Shown here piece after piece: positions 55,243-64,000 of a DNA stretch of 64,000 nt. Source of the stretch: Octopus vulgaris (taxonomy: Eukaryota); NCBI GenBank assembly GCA_951406725.2, contig OX597826.1, forward strand, positions 4,836,001-4,900,000. The letters are read 5' to 3'. Both the position numbers and the translations under genes were made by a program. The notes under the pieces were generated by a model. That model was not told where the DNA came from, did no database searches, and saw only the letters and a list, made by a program, of their open reading frames with translations. Each line of letters opens with the position of its first letter. Position 1 is the stretch's first letter.

Positions 55243-55312
<70 letters not shown>

Positions 55313-55355
55313 ATATATATATATATACATACATACATATATGTATATATATATA

Positions 55356-55433
<78 letters not shown>

Positions 55434-55995
55434 TGTATGTATGTATATATATATGTGTATATATATTTAGAAAGTGGAATGATTAGAAAATACTGTAAGA
55501 TCAAAGTGAGTTATCTCTAGTATTCTCAATTCACCACTTGATAAATTTAGTTACCTAGTTATCGCTGCTGTGTGATAGGAAGAAAGTGTGACTCCGTGCT
55601 GAACGAGAGAAAAGGGGAAAAGAAAGAAGCTGATATAGAAACACACAATAGGGATGAGCTATTCGTGCATATTTACATATGAGGGTTCGAAGTCGTTGTG
55701 CTATACTTCGGTAGAAATTGAACTCAAATACTTGCGATATGTGCATCGTACATGGGATGTTTCTGTCGATTGAAAACAAATGTTCGGTTTCTATGTGTGC
55801 GTAATTCTGTGTACTTGTGTATCTAGTTGTATATGTACGTATATTACAACTACGTATATTCCGACTTTTAAAAATTTGCATACATGGACGTCAATGTAAC
55901 CGCATTGCATACACTTTCATACGTATATAAACGTACAAACATGTCTTTCTGTGTGTGTGTGTGCACGCAAATGAACACAAACACCTACACACACT

Positions 55996-56050
<55 letters not shown>

Positions 56051-57796
56051 ATAGGTGTACGTATGTACACATTTCCACATAAAAGTATGTGCATGAGTGT
56101 ATGTTGCTTTGATATGCGTATCAATCCTTTAGGCTGTAATAATTTCATACTTAAAATATCACGTGACTGCTATTCTTTCCGATATTTTGAAAGCGCGGTG
56201 CTTTAAATCTTTCTATTACAGAATTATACTTAACACGCAAGAGTATATTTCTTCTTTCTCTACTCTTCACTTTTTTTTCACTCTTATTTTCTTTGTATGT
56301 ATACCAAATACTACATCCTGAATACACACACACACATATATATAAAGAGATGCTTTCACATGCTGAGAAATTCACTGATACAAACATAGACAATGAGAAA
56401 TGCAAGCAGATCTACATACGGATAAACATGTTTATAGAAGTGTTTAAAATGAATTATACTATTAGATGTGTTTAGTGAAATTGCCTAGATTTGTTTTGTT
56501 TAATTAAAGTAAATATCGTGATACTGGTGTATTAAATTAATCGTATGAATATGTAAAATTATGCATGCATGTGTATAAGCAAAGACATTTGGTTACACAA
56601 ATATTGTACTAATATTCATATTAATACATAGGAACAGTCATAATTATAATAGTGTGTATATACGTATATATATTTATATGTGTGTGTGTTTGTACAATGA
56701 ATAAAAATATTTTAATGTAGCTACCAGGATTCTATGGATGGATACATAAGGGCGAGGGTTTGTAAATTAGGAGCAACAGTAAAAATTAATTACGTAAAAC
56801 TACATGACAGAAAATAAAGTTATATAGTGATGCATTTTTAAAGAATATATCTATTCTATAAAATGTTCTGCACGCAAATAGACAATCACGATTAAAGAAA
56901 AACTCGTAATAGAAAGCAAAAATAAAATAGGCACACAGATAACATTCACTCATCGGAAACAATATTTAAAAACTAGACTGAGGGATTATAAATCTAATAG
57001 ACAAAATTTGAATTTCCTGTGTTAAAATCTGCTATAAAGTGGCAGTAACATCAGCCAACATTACCGCATCCAGAAGAGGAGACTACGATGATATAGATAA
57101 CATATGTATATGAACTGCATAACCCACACCCGAATTAGACAATAATTAATGATGGAGGCTTTAATGGAAGCCCAATACAGTACTAACATAAAAACGGATA
57201 TTATAGAGAACGAATAATCCTCACGATTAACACGCTAGTATATAGGGCTATGGCCCTCTGCATACTTTGGTGAGTCTGAGAATCTTGATTGTTTCAAACA
57301 CACGACAAGGAATATATATGAAGATATGACTATAGCAAAATATTCATGTCAAGTAAAAGATATATCTATAATACAATCTTATTTTCAACAGAGCAAAGTG
57401 TGTGTGTGTGTTTACGGTGAATCGCAACTTGCCTCGCAGCAACCCATGCACTATGCTTCAAGTAGAATCCTCTGCAGAACATGTGGAATGAGACAGGTGG
57501 TATGAGATAATGAAACTGCTAAGACCCGATGCTAGTGGCACATACTTGTTATCGGGGAATTGCGTGGTTCAATGTCTCGAAGACCAATTCCGTCGGGAGT
57601 CTAATGGTCCTTGTAAGTCTATCAAAGCATGCAAGGTTCAATTAGGCGGCTCAGACTGAACAGGGCAAACCCTCTTTCAAAACCTCCCAACGACAGAAAG
57701 CCGCTTTAGACGACAATATTTGATCGTAGTAGCATATACAGAATGGCAAGGTCGGTGGACTAGCCAAGACTAACCAGAGAATATATATATATACAT

Positions 57797-58103
57797 GGAG
57801 GCACAATGGCCCAGTGGTTAGGGCAGCGGACTCGCAGTCGTAGGATCGCGGTTTCGATTTCCAGACCGGGCGTTGTGAGAGTTTATTGAGCGGAAACACC
57901 TAAAGCTCCACGAGACTCCAGCACGGGGTGGTGGCGATCCCTGCTGTACTCTTTCGCCACAACTTTCTTTCACTCTTTTTTTTCTGTTGGCCTGCTCGCT
58001 TAGCCAGCGGGGTGGCGTCTTTTGAAGGCTAAAACAATGCGAAGCGCATTGTGACCAGTGATGTGTAGCAACACCTGATAGCCTGGTCGGTCACGTGACG
58101 TGA
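57797..58103 (+). mobile_element. tRNA-headed SINE family C
   Basis: GGAGGCACAATGGCCCAGTGGTTAGGGCAGCGGACTC...GGTTTCGATTTCC head, unique body, short CACGTGACGTGA tail, inserted in TA-rich sequence. Confidence 0.85.
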
Positions 58104-58501
58104 TATATATAAATGCATATTGTGTATATATATATATAGTTGCTTGTGTCTGTATATAGAGGCAGAATATGCTATATATATTTCCACGTATCCCGTTGCT
58201 TGTTGTTTTCAGTTGTTACTATCTATGTCGATGGAGCGTAAGACACATATTCAAATACGTAGACTACATAAATAAGTATAAGTATATTCCATCGAATTAT
58301 TGATTTCTTCCCTTCATTTTAAGATCAGTTGCCAGGAATGTTGTTCATCTCTAAGATGTTTGCGTCTGGATTGCAAATCTTAAAGTTTTAAGAGCAGTGT
58401 CTAAAAGAATTCCTTGACAGACTGTCTGCCAAAAGAAGTATTACGGCAATGCTTTTCAAATCCTTCAATTAGTACACGAACATACAAGATAACAATAATG
58501 A

Positions 58502-58555
<54 letters not shown>

Positions 58556-58849
58556 CAGTAGTAGTAGTGGTGGTGGTGGTGGTGGTGTTGGTAGTAGTAG
58601 TAGTATGAGAGACGACAACGATGATGATGATGTGGAAGAAAGTGAGGCTTAAGTACATGTAATGACGGTGGTAATATTAATGGTGGTTTAGGTAAAAGAA
58701 GAATAAAATCTGCATTAATATTGATGTAATTTATTTTCTTCGAAAAATAAAAATAAAACGCTTAAAAAGGATTCATAATAATGTTAATGACGAAATGATA
58801 TGTAAAGATCAACGCAATGATAACATAAAACGAATTGATTAATTTGGGA

Positions 58850-59181
58850 GACCCCCTTAGGTCATGAATGACCATGGGATTGCACATAGAAAGTTACCCT
58901 CCGAGGCACAAGTCCGAGCAAAATTGTTTATGTAAGACTAGCAGTCACCCATGCATACCGGCCTCTCCTCACCACACCACTGATGTTATCCAAGGGAAAG
59001 ACAAAGGTTGATGCAGCTTGGCACCAGTGACGTCGCAACTCATTTCTACAGCTGAGTTAACTGGAGCAACGTGAAATAAAGTATCTTGCTCAAGAACGCA
59101 ACACGCAGCCAGGACCGGGAATCGAACTCACAGCCTCACGATCGTAAGCTCGACGCTCTAACCACTGAGCCATGTACCTTC
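58850..59181 (-). mobile_element. SINE family D, full length
   Basis: Reverse complement of 60333-60660 along its whole length. Confidence 0.88.
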
Positions 59182-59716
59182 ACATTGATTAATTTAAAGA
59201 AAAGAAGAGAAGCAGAATGGCTGAGAAGCAAATAAGAAATAGAATCTGAAGCACAAATAATATGAAACACATATAAGGAAACATTAAAATAAACAGAAAT
59301 ACATAAAAGAAAGAAACCCAAATGTATGGTGCCCCTGCATTACAGTAGTCGAATGACACAAAGAAAAAGTGATAAATATGGAGAAATAGACCTATAGATG
59401 GAGCACCCAACTATGTTTTGTTAAGTTGACTTCATGGGCAATAGGAAGATAACACGTGGTCAAGTTATGGTGAAAAGAAACTGGACATTCTTGGGTACAA
59501 TAAATGATGTTTGTGAAAGGACGTAGCTGGATGATGCGATATGCTAGGAACGTACTTAAACCATAGTGGTCATCAGTCGGTAGGAATTTCTAGGAAGTGC
59601 AAGCTGTGAAAACACATACAGATGCATATACATATACATATTACACATTTACATATGCATATTACATATATAAATGCAGTCATTCACATCTATCCATACA
59701 TGTATAGAATTATACC

Positions 59717-59931
59717 TACGAGGAGGTACCCAGAAGTTCCTGGCTCTGGGTAAAAGAAAATATAGAAGGCTCAGTTAATTATGATTTTATTCAACAAATT
59801 CACATTTCCAATAATTCACACACTTATAGCAGATGTCCTTCAGTTCTTCTAAGCACTGTAAAAGAACTCAGAAGGTTGAGCCTCCACCCAGGCCTTTGAC
59901 GATACTCTGAAAGCCAGGAACTTTTCAGCAC
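59717..59931. mobile_element. Mariner-derived MITE
   Basis: Starts TACGAGG (mariner-like terminus after TA); inverted repeats AAGTTCCTGGCT (59734-59745) and AGCCAGGAACTT (59912-59923); right end partly lost. Confidence 0.7.
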
Positions 59932-60253
59932 ATAAATACATGTGTATATTACATAAATACATGTGTTTATTTGCCCATTGGCTTTTGCAGCAGCTTTGAT
60001 GTCACATAGGTAACATACTTGCTTCGCTTTGTCTTCAATAAGGGGAAGGCGTTTCTATATCACTTTGCTCGATAGAATACATGACCTGCCATACACGTGC
60101 TTTTATACAATGGAACAATTTCGATCAAGTATTTCGAGTTCTTTGTTCTATGTGGCTTCACAATGTTTCGCATGACACGTTTTATAAAGTTTGAATGGGA
60201 CCTTTTAGGAGATTGTTGACATTACCCACCAGCATCATCATAACCATTATAAC

Positions 60254-60284
<31 letters not shown>

Positions 60285-60332
60285 GTCATCATCACTACCA
60301 CTATCGTCGACATCATCATTATCATTAGAAGT

Positions 60333-60660
60333 AAGGCGCCGTGGCTAAGTTGTTACAGTGTCGGACTCACACTCACGAGGTAGTGAGTTCGATTCCCGGA
60401 CCGGGCTGTGTGTGTTTTGTTCTTGAGCAAGACACTTTATTTCACCTTGCTCCAGTTCACTCAGTTGTGACGTCACTGGTGCCAAGCTGTATCGGCCCCT
60501 TTGCCTTTACCTTGAATAACATCAGTGATGTGGAGAGGTGGGGGTTTGTATGCATGGGCGACAGCTGGTCTTCCGTAAACAACCTTGCCCGGAATTGTGC
60601 TTCGTAGGGGAACTTTCTATGTGTAAACCCATCCATGGTCATTCATGACCGAAGGGGGTC
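60333..60660 (+). mobile_element. SINE family D, full length
   Basis: AAGGCGCCGTGGCTAAGTTG...GAGTTCGATTCCC head; tail ...CCATGGTCATTCATGACCGAAGGGGGTC followed by (TAC)n. Confidence 0.88.
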
Positions 60661-60664
60661 TTTA

Positions 60665-61430
<766 letters not shown>

Positions 61431-62149
61431 CACTCACCCCGTCGTCTTCTGGGGGGATAGACTTTTTTCGTCAACATCGCCGTCAGCTGTCAGTAAAGTT
61501 TTTCTTTTTTATATTCATCCATTTTTTTTTTTTACTTTATTTTAGTTTTGCTATTCCTCTGGTGGTTATTATGTGGTCAGTCTAGACGAAACTCCAACTA
61601 GATTGGTTTTCATTCACCGTTGATTGGCCTTTATTTCATTTTATTTTGTTATTCATCCAAGGAGAATTAACAGCTTTACTTTTACAGTGGATTTCAATTG
61701 AAGTTTTGTGTATTTTTGCAATCCTGGACATTTTTTTTCACTTTTTCTTTTATCGAAGAGAATTGACCTCTTAACTCATAGCTCTTTAAAAAAAAAAAAC
61801 TTGGAAATATTAATGACGATTTCTTGTTTTTGTCACATGGAAATCAGGACATTTCAAGAACAGTTTACAGTGTGTGTGTGTGTGTGTTATTCTGTGTGTG
61901 TCTCTGTGCGTGTGTTTGTGTAGGAGGTTGCATAAAAAGATAAGGGGAAAGAAATGGAGAGGGAGAGACCTTTGAACAATTGATGATACCCCTCACCCGA
62001 TAGACAAGACCATCCATCTAGGTCTAATCAAAAGCCCCACAGATCAAGGATCAATCTTACCAGCAAGGGTAATGCCTTCGCCCCACTATTTTTTGTATCC
62101 ATTCTACAAGACCAACAGCAGTTGCAACAACAAAAACAATAATACTACT

Positions 62150-62362
62150 GATTTCAAATTTCGGCACAAGGCCAGCAGTTTCGAGGAAGGGAGTAAATCG
62201 ATTATATTGATCCCAGCGTTCAACCGGTACTTATTTTATCTACCTCGAAATGATGAGACGTAAAGTCGACCTCAGTGGAATTTAAACTCAGTACGTGAAG
62301 ACGGACCTAATGCCACTAAGCATTTTGTCCGGCTTGGTAACAATCCTGCTAATTATTCGCCT
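62150..62362 (-). mobile_element. SINE family B, diverged
   Basis: GGCACAAGGCCAGCAG...GGTACTTATTTTATC...AAAGTCGACCTCAGTGGAATTTAAACTCAG...AAGCATTTTGTCCGGC. Confidence 0.8.
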
Positions 62363-62764
62363 CGAGAACAACAATATTAATAAATAGTACATATAAACGA
62401 TGACACTAACGCTGGATAGTGAAGATAATTTTCTATTCAAAAGTGAGTGCGTATATGTCTGTAAATAATGATTCTATAGATTTGTGTCAGGTGCATCTGT
62501 GTGTAGGAGTGATATAATCAATAAAAAAAATATTCAAACTCGGTTGGAAACATAAAAATGCATTAAAGTAAAGTAACCGCAGGATTTTAACTCAAACATT
62601 GAAATTTTGTTTCGTTTCCAATCCGTCACACTATTGATATGATTTAGAATTTTCATTTTTGATTTTGGTTGCAAATATCACCTTATTTTTTATGGGATGT
62701 CGTCAAATCGTATTATATCATATCAGCTTCATTAAAAAAAAAAATGTTATTATTATTATTATTA

Positions 62765-62820
<56 letters not shown>

Positions 62821-63059
62821 GGTGTTTTTGTTTTATAATTTTTAAGGAAATACAGCTCACTGAACTTCAATTTTCGCTCGTTCGTCTTCTTCGAATTCTA
62901 CAAATTTGCATCATACCAAGCAACAATTTTAACAAAATTTAAAAGGAAGAACAAAAAAAAATAATAGTAATTTTACTATTTATATTTTGAAATGGAAATC
63001 CATTATTGGAAAAATTCGCATTTATTGCTACCATTTCTTTTATTACCGTCATCATCCAC

Positions 63060-63060
<1 letters not shown>

Positions 63061-63108
<48 letters not shown>

Positions 63109-63114
63109 TGATGG

Positions 63115-63166
<52 letters not shown>

Positions 63167-63213
63167 AATAATGATAATAATGATAATGATGATGATGATG
63201 ATTATGTTGATGA
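63061..63213. repeat. (AAT)n-(GAT)n compound microsatellite
   Basis: Direct reading. Confidence 0.95.
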
Positions 63214-63357
63214 TATATTACTGTTATAGTCGCCACAAATGATATTAATAATGATAATAATAACCAGCACCAGAGTTTATATTATCATAACATAGTAATA
63301 ACTGTGCCTACTTTGGAATACGAAGTAATTGTAACAAAGGTGACAGGTTTACTTTTG

Positions 63358-63432
63358 TTGATTTGCTCGACTAAAGGCGGTGCTCCAGCATGGCCGCAAT
63401 CAAATAACTGAAACAAGAAAAAGAATAAAAGA
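63358..63432 (+). mobile_element. SINE family A 3' tail fragment
   Basis: GATTTGCTCGACTAAAGGCGGTGCTCCAGCATGGCCGCA...CTGAAACAAG. Confidence 0.85.
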
Positions 63433-63649
63433 ATATAAACATGTGTGTGTTTGTGCGTATATATGTGTGTGTGTTTGTGTACATGTGTGCACGTACACAA
63501 TGCTACTTTCTTGAGTTCCCACCCGATCGGGACATTGCGGTATGCGGTATGTTTGATTAGTTCTCACTTCTTCATATCTCACCAGAGATGAATTGAAAAG
63601 GGGGTGGAGAAACAGGTTAAAATGCGCATTAAGATCACCATGACTGCTT

Positions 63650-64000
63650 AAGATCTCTTGAAAGCGGTTCTTCAATATGACAATATTCTAATAACTGAAG
63701 CCCGTTTAATAATTAAATTAAAAGGAAAGTTGTAAGATGCATAGGGAATCATATGTGATGTTCAAAAATGGAGAGGCAAATCACGCGCCTGGATTTCAGG
63801 GAAATACAATTTCTTTCGGTTCAGCTGCCAATGTTTTGTATAAGGACTTAAACATATAAAAAAAGCTAATATATTTTCCTCTGGAATATACAGACGTTTG
63901 ATTACGTAAGAGTACATAGCCATCGTAAACCAGTGAGTAAGGGTCGATATGTTGGTTTGAGATGCTAGAAATCGTTTCGAAATATTCCTCAAATCGCCTC
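63650..64000 (+). pseudogene. Possible decayed LINE reverse transcriptase fragment
   Basis: DLLKAV...LIIKLKGKL*..GIICDVQKW...Q*VRVD loosely follows DLSKAFD..LL.KL..GI.G....W...R.Q.VRV. Confidence 0.25.

Noticed and set aside
57797-57870. tRNA gene
   Set aside because: No paired acceptor stem or terminator, and it continues into a SINE body; the same applies to the other tRNA-like heads.
59545-59580. Minus-strand CTGATGA CCA-CTA-TGG motif
   Set aside because: No GAAA after the stem.

Overview
AT-rich eukaryotic DNA, very dense in microsatellites and almost entirely non-coding. The SINE families and repeat landscape look like an octopus (coleoid cephalopod) genome; this is recognition from memory, not a database result. 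Nearly all supplied ORFs are simple-repeat or SINE artefacts. One convincing protein-coding exon is present (20824-20965, +, Cys/Trp-containing extracellular module, DUF7044-like), apparently flanked by very long introns. The rest comprises at least four tRNA-headed SINE families, decayed retroelements (Penelope-like GIY-YIG, R4/Dong-type RLE LINE, CR1/L2-like, RTE-like) and DNA-transposon relics (mariner MITE, Tc1-like, possibly Merlin-like). The most notable signal is at least seven minimal type I hammerhead-ribozyme motifs from three sequence families. One is fully intact (9691-9743, -). Most sit in short (~130-200 bp) elements embedded in (TA)n/(CA)n tracts, and one amplified sub-family has a non-canonical U at core position 6.
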